A stretch of DNA of 63,052 nucleotides, the filler included, from Licmophora abbreviata (lineage: Eukaryota), in NCBI GenBank assembly GCA_900291995.1. It is 12 parts of 12 records of this genome, joined end to end, with 100 filler letters (N's around TTAATTAATTAA, not from the genome) between each part and the next. Parts side by side here need not be neighbours in the genome. Positions count along the whole stretch, not along the records: positions 1 to 15,002 come from OLMU01000970.1; positions 15,103 to 20,808 come from OLMU01000972.1; positions 20,909 to 24,428 come from OLMU01000973.1; 9 more parts are not named here. The stretch is one strand, 5' to 3'. Below the pieces are notes generated by a model that was given only the letters and a program-made list of their open reading frames with translations, was not told where the DNA came from and did not search any database. The translations under genes were made by a program, and so were the position numbers. Of the stretch, positions 11,563-21,649 are shown in pieces (the stretch's first letter is position 1; the number at the start of each line of letters is the position of its first letter).

Positions 11563-12681
11563 ATGGCTACTAATTTTGATCGCGCGCAGCCCATGGGCGG
11601 ACTGCCCCCCAAGCACGTTATGGACGGAAGCTACAAGCCCACCATCGAGAACCTGATCGAAAAGGAGGAGGCTCTTCTCACCATCAAGACATTCTTCGAA
11701 AAGAACCTTAATGACAACGTCAACTTGGTCCGTGTCAGTGCCCCCATGTTTGTCCAGAAGACCTCGGGTTTCAACGACAACCTCAACGGCGTCGAGCGTC
11801 CCGCAACCTTCGCCCCGCGTGACTTCCCCTCCACTCACCTTGAGGTCCCTTTCTCCCTCGCCAAGTGGAAGCGCTGGGCACTCCACTACTATGGCTTTGA
11901 CAAGGGAAGGGGCCTTGTTACCGACTTCCGTGGTCTCCGATGCGACGACGACGTCGACTACACTCACTCCCTTTATGTTGATCAGTTCGATTGGGAGAAG
12001 CGCATCGACCCGAGCGACCGCAATATGGATTACCTCAAGGAGACTGTCCGCAATATCTACAAGGCCGTCTACGACACTGAGCAGTTGGTCAGCCAGAAGT
12101 ATGGTATCGCACCCAACCTCCCTGAGGAGATTACCTTTATTTCAACGGACGACCTGATTAAGGAGCATCCCCATTCCACACCGAAGGAACGTGAGAACCT
12201 TGTTTGCGAGAAGTACGGATCTGTCTTCCTCATGGGAATCGGAGGTCTCAAAGCCGATGGCACTCTCCGTCACGACGGACGTGCCCCCGACTACGACGAC
12301 TGGGTTACCGCTCGCCCCGACGGAGGGTTCGGACTCAACGGAGACATCCTCGTGTGGAACCCGCTCCTCAAACAGTCCTTTGAGCTTTCCTCGATGGGAA
12401 TCCGAGTCGATCCCGCCACCATGAAGAGGCAGCTTGAGCTCTGCAAGTGCCCGGAGCGCGCCAACTTTGCCTGGCACACGATGCTCCTCGATGGTACTCT
12501 CCCACAAAGTATCGGAGGCGGAGTGGGTCAGAGCCGTATGTGCCAGTACTTCCTTCGTTGCGCTCACATTGGTGAAGTGCAGTACGGTTGGTACAATCCT
12601 GACGAAGTCGAGGTCATGAAGTCGAAGGGTATCAAGCTACTGGGCCGTGGATTCTCGTTCCAGCAGCAGGACAAGGCCTAA
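11563..12681 (+). CDS. asnA: Aspartate--ammonia ligase (asparagine synthetase A)
   Basis: AsnA motifs DNLNGVERP, SLAKWKR, HSLYVDQFDWEK, HDGRAPDYDDW, GLNGDI, ELSSMGIRVD, LPQSIGGGVGQSR and HIGEVQ. Confidence 0.93.
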   Translation: MATNFDRAQPMGGLPPKHVMDGSYKPTIENLIEKEEALLTIKTFFEKNLNDNVNLVRVSAPMFVQKTSGFNDNLNGVERPATFAPRDFPSTHLEVPFSLAKWKRWALHYYGFDKGRGLVTDFRGLRCDDDVDYTHSLYVDQFDWEKRIDPSDRNMDYLKETVRNIYKAVYDTEQLVSQKYGIAPNLPEEITFISTDDLIKEHPHSTPKERENLVCEKYGSVFLMGIGGLKADGTLRHDGRAPDYDDWVTARPDGGFGLNGDILVWNPLLKQSFELSSMGIRVDPATMKRQLELCKCPERANFAWHTMLLDGTLPQSIGGGVGQSRMCQYFLRCAHIGEVQYGWYNPDEVEVMKSKGIKLLGRGFSFQQQDKA

Positions 12682-13243
12682 GGAGCGAAATGATTTTGTT
12701 GGTGCTGCGCTCCTTTCTCGATAGTTTTGAGAGAACGGACCAGTGCTGTGGAGCCAACTGCTCCGTTTTGAAGTGAAGAGCCGATTATTCGATAACGCTA
12801 GCGGCGGGAGGCGAGAGTTTACATGAGGGACTACGATCTACACTTATACTGTCTACACTCTAGGTTTTATTTTGCGACATAGCATTTCCGATTTGTCGTC
12901 TGTTGGTCATGTGCCGTTAGTCTTCTACTATGCCCGTAGGGTGAGAACTGATTCGCCCATGGCTGTGTTCACTTCGTCATCGGCAATGGAATAGGAAGGT
13001 TGCAGCCTGCATTCTGATGTGTCGTACTACTCGTATACGAGTAGACTGACTCCATTTTAGACTAAGGTAGCGTCTGCGCGCCGTCCTGGTGGAGCGAAGA
13101 ATTTGTGGCTTGGCCGCCGCGGGTTCACCACAGCACCACCTTCGCGACAAGAGACGGTGTGTTCATTCGTACACTCTTGTGCCTCTGCAGTTTCCTTGTA
13201 TTAATCTCGCTGGCGAGCTTGAGCGAGCCTTTACTGCAAAACA

Positions 13244-14317
13244 ATGAACGCGTTTGATAGTAATGGTACTCGAAAGGACGGAAAAGATTCCGAATTAGTT
13301 TCGTCCGCCCGTCCTGCTGATGATGCTGCTGCTGCTGCTGCATCATGGTGGTGGAACAGCAGGGGCCTCCTCTGGTCGCCCAACACAACTCGCTCCATGG
13401 CGAGCGAGGAAGATTCAGGAAACAGAGCTTCTTCAAGGGGAGGAGAAGGCTTGCCCATCCAACACCCGAAAATTCCCGAGTCAATGCAGAGCAGCGGTGG
13501 GGGCTGCCCCATGCGACGCAACAACAAGACGAAGGAGGCCGACAGCACCATCACGGGACAGAGCAAAGCCCCGTTGCCGTTTCGAATCCCGGCATCGCTG
13601 GAAGAGTCCGCAGGACACGAGCAGACGCCGCGACCGGACCAGAGAATCCCTCTTTCCACGCAACGTGTGGTCTCTTCCATCCCTCGCGCCGACGAGAAGG
13701 CGGTCGAAGTTCCTCATCATCAACCGACCGCTCAGAGCTGGGTGTATCCGAGTGAACAGCAGTTTTACAATGCCATGCGACGTAAGGGGTGGGAGGGGAT
13801 CGACGAATCGACAATTCCACTAGTCGTTCGAATTCACAATGATGTCAACGAGAAGGGCTGGAGAGAAGTACAGCGGTGGGAATCGACGTTGCATGGCTGC
13901 TATGGTCCTCGATTGGTACGATTTCTTGGGAGACCGAACGATACGAGCCCGAAAGCGTGGATCAATTCGAATATATTGTTCAGAGAAGCCCCCTTTGATC
14001 GACATGATTGGTTTGTCGATCGTGGCGACGGTACAGAGCCAAGCCGATATGTCATTGATTTCTATGAAGGCCAAACTGGAAGTGCTGGCGGTGTAAAGGA
14101 GACGGAGACTGAATCGACTAAGCTTCCTTCCATGTACATTGACGTGCGACCAGCACTGGACAGCCCTGGCGCAGTGGTAGATCGATTTCACATGTTTATG
14201 CGCGAGTCGCTGCCCGGTATCTTTTGGGCGCTGGACAAACGTCGAGCTTTGGCCAATGAAAGCCAAAAGGAGGCGCTGAGCGACGCGAAACAACCTACTT
14301 CATCTGCACAAAGTTAA
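13244..14317 (+). CDS. HCCS: Holocytochrome c synthase (cytochrome c/c1 heme lyase)
   Basis: GGCPM heme-regulatory motif, WVYPSEQQFYNAMRRKGW, IHNDVNEKGW, LVRFLGRP, PFDRHDW, RYVIDFY and DVRPALD. Start codon uncertain. Confidence 0.92.
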   Translation: MNAFDSNGTRKDGKDSELVSSARPADDAAAAAASWWWNSRGLLWSPNTTRSMASEEDSGNRASSRGGEGLPIQHPKIPESMQSSGGGCPMRRNNKTKEADSTITGQSKAPLPFRIPASLEESAGHEQTPRPDQRIPLSTQRVVSSIPRADEKAVEVPHHQPTAQSWVYPSEQQFYNAMRRKGWEGIDESTIPLVVRIHNDVNEKGWREVQRWESTLHGCYGPRLVRFLGRPNDTSPKAWINSNILFREAPFDRHDWFVDRGDGTEPSRYVIDFYEGQTGSAGGVKETETESTKLPSMYIDVRPALDSPGAVVDRFHMFMRESLPGIFWALDKRRALANESQKEALSDAKQPTSSAQS

Positions 14318-14525
14318 TCTAAGTTAGTGCAAATCAGTGTAGCCAATGTGCAATCCGAGGTATAAAAACGACGTGTATGAACAACTCAAAAGATGCTTCC
14401 GAACAGAGAATGACGAGAGTGAGTCAGCTCGTAGTCGAACAAGTCATCCTTGTGGGTCATGCCAATCGTGACTTGACTTGACTCGCGTGACCAAACTCAA
14501 CACAGAGAACATTGTTTTGATGACC

Positions 14526-15002
14526 ATGGCGGCTCCGAACACGGACCCGCCGCGGCCGTCTCCCCGGTTACCGTCATGGATGTACTTTGTTCTGGGACCG
14601 GCTTGTCTGCTGGTAGCTTACAATCTTTTCGCAGCGAGTAGTTTGCTTTCATCGGGCCCTCGGTTTAGACCATTGCTAGACTCTCCTCGAAGTAGTCTGC
14701 GGAACCCCGTGAGGAGAACGGACACTGACGCCAAGCCGAAGCAAGGGACGACCCTTTCGGATCCGGCACTTGATTTTAAAAAGAAGATAAAGCAGTTCTC
14801 CGTGGCGCTTTTCCTGTAAACACTGAGACAACTAACGCGGAGAAAAATACTGCCATGCCGGAGCCCGAAACAACCAATGCTGCGCCCAAAGAAGGGGCAA
14901 CTACAGACCCTATGGGGGTTGACCAAAAGGAAAAAGGAAAGCAAAATGACAAACCTTATGAGTCAGTGGATCAAAAGATTGAGACGAGATTCACAAAGCA
15001 AT
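14526..15002 (+). CDS. Partial type II membrane protein with an apparent frameshift near 14774-14783, truncated by a linker
   Basis: N-terminal TM helix (WMYFVLGPACLLVAYNLFAA). The reading continues in the -1 frame (KEDKAVLRG...ETTNA...ETTNA) to the contig end. Confidence 0.45.
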
Positions 15003-15102
15003 NNNNNNNNNNNNNNNNNNNNNNNNNNNNNNNNNNNNNNNNNNNNTTAATTAATTAANNNNNNNNNNNNNNNNNNNNNNNNNNNNNNNNNNNNNNNNNN
15101 NN
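15003..15102. other. Artificial contig linker, N44-TTAATTAATTAA-N44. Also at 20809-20908, 24429-24528, 34978-35077, 39262-39361, 48004-48103, 52359-52458, 54427-54526, 57652-57751, 58766-58865 and 60109-60208
   Basis: Identical 100-nt blocks whose core places stop codons in all six frames. Confidence 0.98.
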
Positions 15103-15312
15103 AGGACACAGACTCGAAGAAGAAAATTGCTTGAAGATAGCGCGTTTCGATGCCTTTTATTGTAAAGTATATAGCTCAAAACAATATGATTTTCTTGGTT
15201 GCGCCTGTAAATAACACAGTTAAGTTTTTACTTGCGCACAATGCTCACTGTCGATCACTGTCGAGAACCTCTTATCGATACCAGAGAGTGCCGATCTTGT
15301 TTAGGCAAGGTG

Positions 15313-16590
15313 TCACGGAATGCAGCCCCTTTGATAGTCGTACACAGCTGGGGCACCCAATCTGTTTTCGGCAATCGCCTTATTAAGGCTCTCCAAGAGT
15401 TGCCAATCCTGACAGGCAATCGGTGGTAGTCCTTCTAGACTGCCGTTGGGCAAGTAGCCGTAAGCTGCAGCGAAATCGTTTGGCGTCGCAGCTACGGGAG
15501 ACGCGAAGTGACTAGTTATGATGCGATCGAAATCCCACTTGGATATGGTTGATATCCACTCTTGTACCTGGCGAGGCGCCCGCGCATCCGCAAACGCCCT
15601 CAGTATAGGAGCTCGAATAAGACGGCCCTTCAGCGCATTGTATCCTGGGTAGGCACCCTCGTCGTCTATTCGTAACGGCAAGAAGACGGCTTGCAAGACA
15701 GAGCGAGGCCAGAACGTCGCATCGTCTCGTACAATTTGTTCGTCAAAGTACGTTGTGAAGATATCAGGCGCCTCCTCGGGAATATACACAACAGCATCCG
15801 TCACAACCAAGGTCTTGGTAGGACGATGACAAAACGCGACTTCACTGACGGGTCCTGCATTTTGAGGGATATCGACAAATAGCGCCGCAATATCGAATTC
15901 GTCTGCCCACGGAGGTGTTGTATCTCCCAATATACCATCGACACGATATCCCATCTTCACAGACTGTTGTAGTGAGTGTCCACAAGAGCCAAATGGACCA
16001 TACTGACCGGGTGAGATCCATACCGCCGCGGTCGGATACCTCTTGACGAACGCCTTCATTGGGGCACCATGTTCGAATGCATTACAAGGTAACACGATAT
16101 GTTCCACAGGAAGCTTCAAGTCGTCCAGTAGCTGACAAAACTCCCCCGTCGGCCACTGAGGACTATGCACCCACAACCCCCCGGTGCTTTGAAGCTTCAA
16201 TACGTTGCATCGAATACTGGCAGTCACATTGGCAAATGTCAAGAGCTGCTCGAATGCCCACGCGTCTCGACCCAGGCCATGCCGGTATGTCGCTCGATTC
16301 CGAAATGGAGGCGTCAATGTCGGAAAGAAGAATCTTCCTGCCCCAGGTGCCGTCACCACTGGATCATAGTACTCGGATGACAAATAGGGACCTACTGGTG
16401 TCAACGGCGCGGCTCGGACCGACGATGCATCGCCGCTCAAGATCGGCGGTACCAGAAGAGACGAGAGGAACCCTGAGCACTGTCGTCGGGTTAAAATGTC
16501 ATTGCGGTTGATAGAGAGGGCTGAGCAGGGGGTATAGTATAGCAGCAGAAAATAGAGAATCAGTGAATGCAGTGGCCGTTGCCTCATCAT
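15313..16590 (-). CDS. DUF4336-family protein, probably plastid-targeted
   Basis: Motifs WAFEQ, GGLWVHSP, VEHIVLP...EH, SEVAFCHRPTKTLVVTDAVV and WDFDRIITSHF. From ATG 16590 there is a signal peptide ending CSA-L, followed by an RR plus hydrophobic segment. Confidence 0.75.
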   Translation of the reverse strand: MMRQRPLHSLILYFLLLYYTPCSALSINRNDILTRRQCSGFLSSLLVPPILSGDASSVRAAPLTPVGPYLSSEYYDPVVTAPGAGRFFFPTLTPPFRNRATYRHGLGRDAWAFEQLLTFANVTASIRCNVLKLQSTGGLWVHSPQWPTGEFCQLLDDLKLPVEHIVLPCNAFEHGAPMKAFVKRYPTAAVWISPGQYGPFGSCGHSLQQSVKMGYRVDGILGDTTPPWADEFDIAALFVDIPQNAGPVSEVAFCHRPTKTLVVTDAVVYIPEEAPDIFTTYFDEQIVRDDATFWPRSVLQAVFLPLRIDDEGAYPGYNALKGRLIRAPILRAFADARAPRQVQEWISTISKWDFDRIITSHFASPVAATPNDFAAAYGYLPNGSLEGLPPIACQDWQLLESLNKAIAENRLGAPAVYDYQRGCIP

Positions 16591-17064
16591 CGTAATACCA
16601 TGGTTGTCGGACGTCTTGCGATAATATCTTTTCACAGTTTTGACTCTTTTTCGAAAGATACTCGATGTGATGTCACTCTCAAATGCGAACCCGGAACCTT
16701 TCTCTTTTCTCTTGTCACTTTCGAACTTCGCTTTTCGTTTCGGCGTGAACGTACGCTCGCCAGACAATTAGGAGACTGCGCTCGGGCTGCATGAGTCAGA
16801 GTTTGGAGAGTGACGTTTACATTCAAAGATCTATAAGCATGAATGCTTCAATTATTGACCCTGACGCACGTGTGCTAGTATTGTGTTCTTTATGATCAGA
16901 TCGTGATCATGTCGCAGTCTCGTCTCAGAACCATTTTGAGGCGCGAGACAAAAACTTGAGAATCGCATCAATTTGCGAACCAGTGACGTTGTTTGATGAC
17001 ACCACAAATCAAGACTTCACTCGGTCGAATGAGAAGGTTGCAGAGCAACAACTCCCTGAAGTGA

Positions 17065-19143
17065 ATGGACAATACGCCTATGGAGGTCAATCAAGTTGAA
17101 TTTAGTGGGCTGGGAGCCCGGTCGCCTGAGCAGAGCGGCCTGAAAGTGGCAAATTCGGGTTCATTCTCTGTTTTGAAGGAAAATGCCCCCGTCTTCCGAC
17201 AATCCCAAGCTGGTAATGCGAATACTACTTCCCTTCCTTTTGGAACAGTACCTTTACAGTCGCTGGGCTCTCATACACAAGTCTCAGCTCAGCAGTCTCG
17301 GCCCCTTCCTCTCATGTCGACGATCGGTGAGTCGCTGCTGTCAACTTTTGTTGGAATGCGAGCCACCATATTTTTGTTTGGTCAGATACGAATACTCACT
17401 TCTCACTAACCGGCTACTCCCCCACTTCTAGGATTTGGTGTAGACACAAGCGATAGCTGCTCGTGGGATGCTACAGAGGCCTCCGTCCGTGCTCTACGTG
17501 ATGCCATGGAGCGTAGTACGTTTCATGTAGGAGGCGAATCGCAGACTCCCTTACAAATCCACGTCAAGTTGGGCGTCCCACCGAAACAGGACTGCTCCAC
17601 GGAAACCATGAAGGTCGACACTCGCATCGTATCGTCACTGCTACCCCGCTCAATCCCTGTTTTACCACTTGAGATCGTCGTGGGGGGGCTGAACATTTCT
17701 GGACATGAGGCCGCTGATCCGTCCATCTGCACGGCGGTGGCATATGTGAGTATTCTGTCCAAGCCCAATGCACCGGCGGCACGCGCTGCCAGTTCTTGGG
17801 CCACGACGGAACAGCAGAGACAGCCCGCGCAGCTGCCAAGGCCTGTCCCGCCCGTCAGGAGTCCGGCCAACTCAATGGATATGCTTGCGTTAATTAGCGC
17901 ACAAATGCGAGAGCGACATGTTGAGGTCGATACCCGACTGGCGGATGAGGCCAGCATGTCCATCCCCTCTACCGTTACTGACAAGATTGATTACACCGAC
18001 GAGCGATCACTGAATGTCTCGCCTGATGCTTTGAAGCAGCGCAAAAAGCTGCCTCCGGGAACTACGGCGAAGAACAATGTACGACACTTTGCTCAGCACA
18101 ACTACCACGACCACTCAGTAGAGACACTCCCTGAAGAGGAGGCTCCCATCTTTGGAAACAAACTGCAGATGAATGCCTTTCCTGTCAAGCTTCACGAGGC
18201 TCTGTCGCACATTGATACCGACGGCCACAGCGATGTGATTGGCTGGATGCCACACGGCAGGTCCTTCAAGATTCACAAGCAACAAGACTTTCTTGACGAG
18301 ATTCTTCCCAAGTATTTTGTGATGACGAAAAAGAGCTCCTTCTTGCGGCAGCTGAACTTGTATGGGTTCAACCGTATCAGCTCAGGCCCAGACAAGAACA
18401 GCTATTACCATGAACTTTTCCTTCGTGGAATGCTCTTTCTCTCGCATCGCATTTGTCGAACCAAGGTGAACGGGAACATGATTCGATCAGCTGCAGACCC
18501 TGAGTCTGAGCCGAACTTCTACACAATGCCACTCGTACCCCGCAATATCGCCCATAGCGAGCTCGGCCTACGCTCGTTTGTCCAGTCGCTTCCATCGTCC
18601 TATCCTGTCTCACGAGACAATTCCGAGGAGGAAAACACTGTCGCGAGGGACGGCGAAGAGGAGGACGAACCTTATGAAGACGACGATGCGGGATCCCACC
18701 GCATCAACAACAACAACAACAACAACCAGGCGTCGTTTCCACTCAAGCTCCAATGTATGTTAGATAAATTGGAAGCCGATGGAATCACACACATCATCTC
18801 GTGGCAGCCTCACGGTCGTGCGTTTCGAGTGCACGACCCGGAAGCCTTTGTGCGCGAGCTCATGCCGCTATATTTTCGCCAGAGCAAGTACCCATCCTTC
18901 CAGCGCCAGCTGCACTTGTATAGTTTCCAGCGCATCTCGTCTGGGAAAGATAAAGGCGCCTACTATCACGAGAAGTGCCTGCGCGGCATGCCCGCACTCT
19001 GCGACTACATCAAGAGAGTCAGGGTGAATGGCAAAAAGTGCCGAAAACCGAGTAACCCTTTCGACGAACCCAACTTTTACGACCTGGACTATATCGAGCC
19101 AATCCCGCGTGGTACTATCATCGATGTGCCTGCCCAGGAGTAG
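17065..19143 (+). CDS. Heat-shock-factor family transcription factor with two HSF DNA-binding domains and an N-terminal Lin0512-like domain; exons 17065-17326 and 17432-19143
   Basis: HSF domain 1: FPVKLH...IGWMPHGRSFKIH...SFLRQLNLYGF...YYHELFLRG. HSF domain 2: FPLKLQ...ISWQPHGRAFRVH...SFQRQLHLYSF. Intron from GTGAGT (17327) through a CTAAC branch site to TAG (17431) joins the frames (STIG|FGVD). Confidence 0.88.
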
Positions 19144-19229
19144 GAAGGCCCTTGTTTGACGAGGTGAATGGCGACTTTCACCTACACTGTGTACACTAAC
19201 TTTTAGTAGTCCTATTCTCTTTCATCGTA

Positions 19230-20155
19230 TTATTTTGAGCGCGGCGACAATAGAAACGTTTGTCGACAGCAAGGACACTGCCTGTGACGACGGAGTAGCC
19301 ATGACAAGATGCAGTCCTCGTGAAAAACATGAGAGCACACTGGGTTCGGAGACCACATGACTCTATCGCCACTCGCATAGTGCGCCAAGCACACAGAACA
19401 GGTCCCAACAACACTACGCGTCTCTTGACAATAGACCGGATATCCAGGCAGTGGGACTCTCCACTTAGGATGCTTCTCGAAATCAAGGTCGCTGGGATCC
19501 ATATCCTTTTCCGATAGCATCTGCATGCGAAGCGCGCGAGAAGATGCATTCTTGATGAGACACGACGACCTTGGATTTTTTTTAACGAAAAGCAGACTTC
19601 ACATGGAATTCGCTCATAATCATTCCCTACCTTTCGAAAGTCCTTTGCTGTGGCAAGCAGCCGAGAGAGACGTCGCTCGTTTCGGCAAAAACGCGATATC
19701 CAGGGATCCTCGTTGTGATCCGTACCATTGGCGTTGCGCGGTACACGGCGTCCCATCACGTAGGCCGACAAGGCTGCCAAGAGCGACACTAGTAGACCAA
19801 GTAATAAGGAAATGACCCATGGTAGTACCACTGTCCAGTGGTAGGCGGTGTACGCGGCGGGGAGGCTCGGCAGAAAGTAGTACGCGTCTACGCCTTCTGA
19901 TGGCGGTGTCGGGCGCGACAACCAACGATCTTGAAAAAAGGCTAACCACAGCTCTTCCAAAGTCACATTTTCATTATTCAAGATCGATGACAGCACAGGC
20001 TTGTCTTTTCCTTCCACGGTCAAGGTGGAAACAAAGAAAAGTGAGGCGTTCTTGAATTGAAGCGTCACAACTAGTGCCCAGAGTGATGCCCAAGGTGCCA
20101 CGGTCAGAATGAGGAGCGCCAGGGATAGATGGCGAGTTGGCGTCGATACGGCCAT
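19230..20155 (-). CDS. Transmembrane RING-H2 protein (putative E3 ligase); exons 20155-19631 and 19520-19230
   Basis: Two hydrophobic segments, then CSVCL...CSHVFHEDCILSWL...CPCCR. A phase-0 intron (GTAGGG at 19630 to CAG at 19521) links the two ORFs. Confidence 0.8.
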
Positions 20156-20520
20156 TTTCAACAATTGAAATGCAAACAGACTACTGAGGGGCCTTTCAAA
20201 TGAACCAAGCGACGACTCAGATGGTATAGAAGGGACACATACCACATGTGAGAACCCGACATTGACTTCACACAAGAAATGTTCTTTGCCAAAGAATTTG
20301 GAATTGGCGCCGGGTCTCAATCCTGAATCGGAGCTCGTATCAGTATCAATAGCTCGCGGATTTCTGGCGCGCGCGCTGAGCTCGCGCGCGCCGGCAACGT
20401 TCGAACTTTGAAAACTGAGAAACGTCGAAATGAGATGCGCAATGTTGAACATGAGGATATTTGGTCGCGGCATCTCGTCGTCGGCAGTTTCAGTGCATCC
20501 ACAACACTGCTGCCTTGAGC

Positions 20521-20808
20521 ATGGGAAACGCACAGTCGGAAGAACTAGAACAGAATAGGGAGCAGGATGAGGCTCCGTTACGTCGTCCGAAGCACTTGCT
20601 CTTCGGATGCGAGAGTGCGGAGGAGCACTACGAGTATGTGGAGACTCTGTTGAAGAGAGTGCGGGATTCTTTTACTGAGGATGCTGATGATGCTGCTGCT
20701 GTTGCTAGCGACCCAGAGCAACTACTTGCAGACATTGGTTTCCAATTTCGCATGATTCACGCTCATCCCTGTACTTGTAGTAGTATTAGTAGAAGTGTGG
20801 AGAGAGTA
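20521..20808 (+). CDS. Partial eukaryotic protein with possible N-myristoylation (MGNAQS), truncated by a linker
   Basis: Open frame from ATG 20521 to the contig end; MGxxxS motif; divergent from the RING-H2 gene. Confidence 0.4.
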
Positions 20809-20908
20809 NNNNNNNNNNNNNNNNNNNNNNNNNNNNNNNNNNNNNNNNNNNNTTAATTAATTAANNNNNNNNNNNNNNNNNNNNNNNNNNNNNNNNNNNN
20901 NNNNNNNN

Positions 20909-21569
20909 TATCACCGGGGCTGACAGCGCGCAGGCTGTGCGGCGCCACACCGAGCCGCGCATCGGTCGGCAGGACCTTGAGGGCCGCGCGGCTGTCCTCG
21001 AGCAGGCGCGCGAAGCGGTCGGGATCGTTGCCGAAGCGGATCTGACCGGCGGTCAGGGCGCGCCGGTCGCAGCCGCCGAACCGGTAGTGCACCGGCAAGA
21101 GCGTCAGGCCGATCCCGGTGTCGCGTGCCGCGGCGATGATGCGCTGCGCCATTTCGGACAGATCGTCATAGGGCACGCCGCCCGGCGCGTGATGCAGGTA
21201 GTGGAATTCGACATTGGTGGCATAGCCCGCTTCGAGCATTTCCATCTGCACAAGCGCCGCGATGGCCTGCACCTGATCGGGGTCGAGCCGGTCGAGGAAG
21301 CGATACATCAGCTTGCGCCATGTCCAGAAACTGTCGCGAGGATCGGCGTCGCGCGTTTCGGTGAGCCCGGCCATGGCGCGTTGGAAGGCATGGGAATGCG
21401 CATTGGCGGGCGCAGGCAGAAGGATGCCGGTGCGGGTTCCCTGATCGGCGGCGGTAGGCGGCTGGCCCGGTGTGACATCCGCGATGCGCCCCGCGCCGTC
21501 GATGCGGATCGCCACGTCACGCGCCCATCCGATAGGCAGCAGGGCCTGCTCTGCCCAGATCATCGTCAT
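20909..21569 (-). CDS. hutF: Formiminoglutamate deiminase, 5' part
   Basis: NAHSHAFQRAMAGLTE, DSFWTWR, EFHYLHH and GVAPHSLRAV; divergent from hutI. Start is ATG 21569 or GTG 21575. Confidence 0.92.
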
Positions 21570-21596
21570 CGTCACGTCCTGTCTTGACCCTATTAA

Positions 21597-21610
21597 TATG
21601 TCTAGACATA
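21597..21610. promoter_or_regulatory. Putative HutC operator
   Basis: Perfect 14-bp palindrome TATGTCTAGACATA in the hutF/hutI divergent intergenic region, matching the TGTxTAxACA HutC-type core. Confidence 0.8.
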
Positions 21611-21649
21611 ATCCCATGAAACGACTCGCAAATCAACAGGGTTCCCGCG

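Noticed and set aside
13316..13341. (GCT)n tract, and likewise (AAC)n near 18706-18727
   Set aside because: Ordinary coding microsatellites giving poly-Ala and poly-Asn.
15047..15058. TTAATTAATTAA recurring 11 times as a biological repeat or CRISPR-like unit
   Set aside because: Always centred in 88 Ns; it is a six-frame-stop assembly linker. ORF tails ending XXX-LIN are artefacts.
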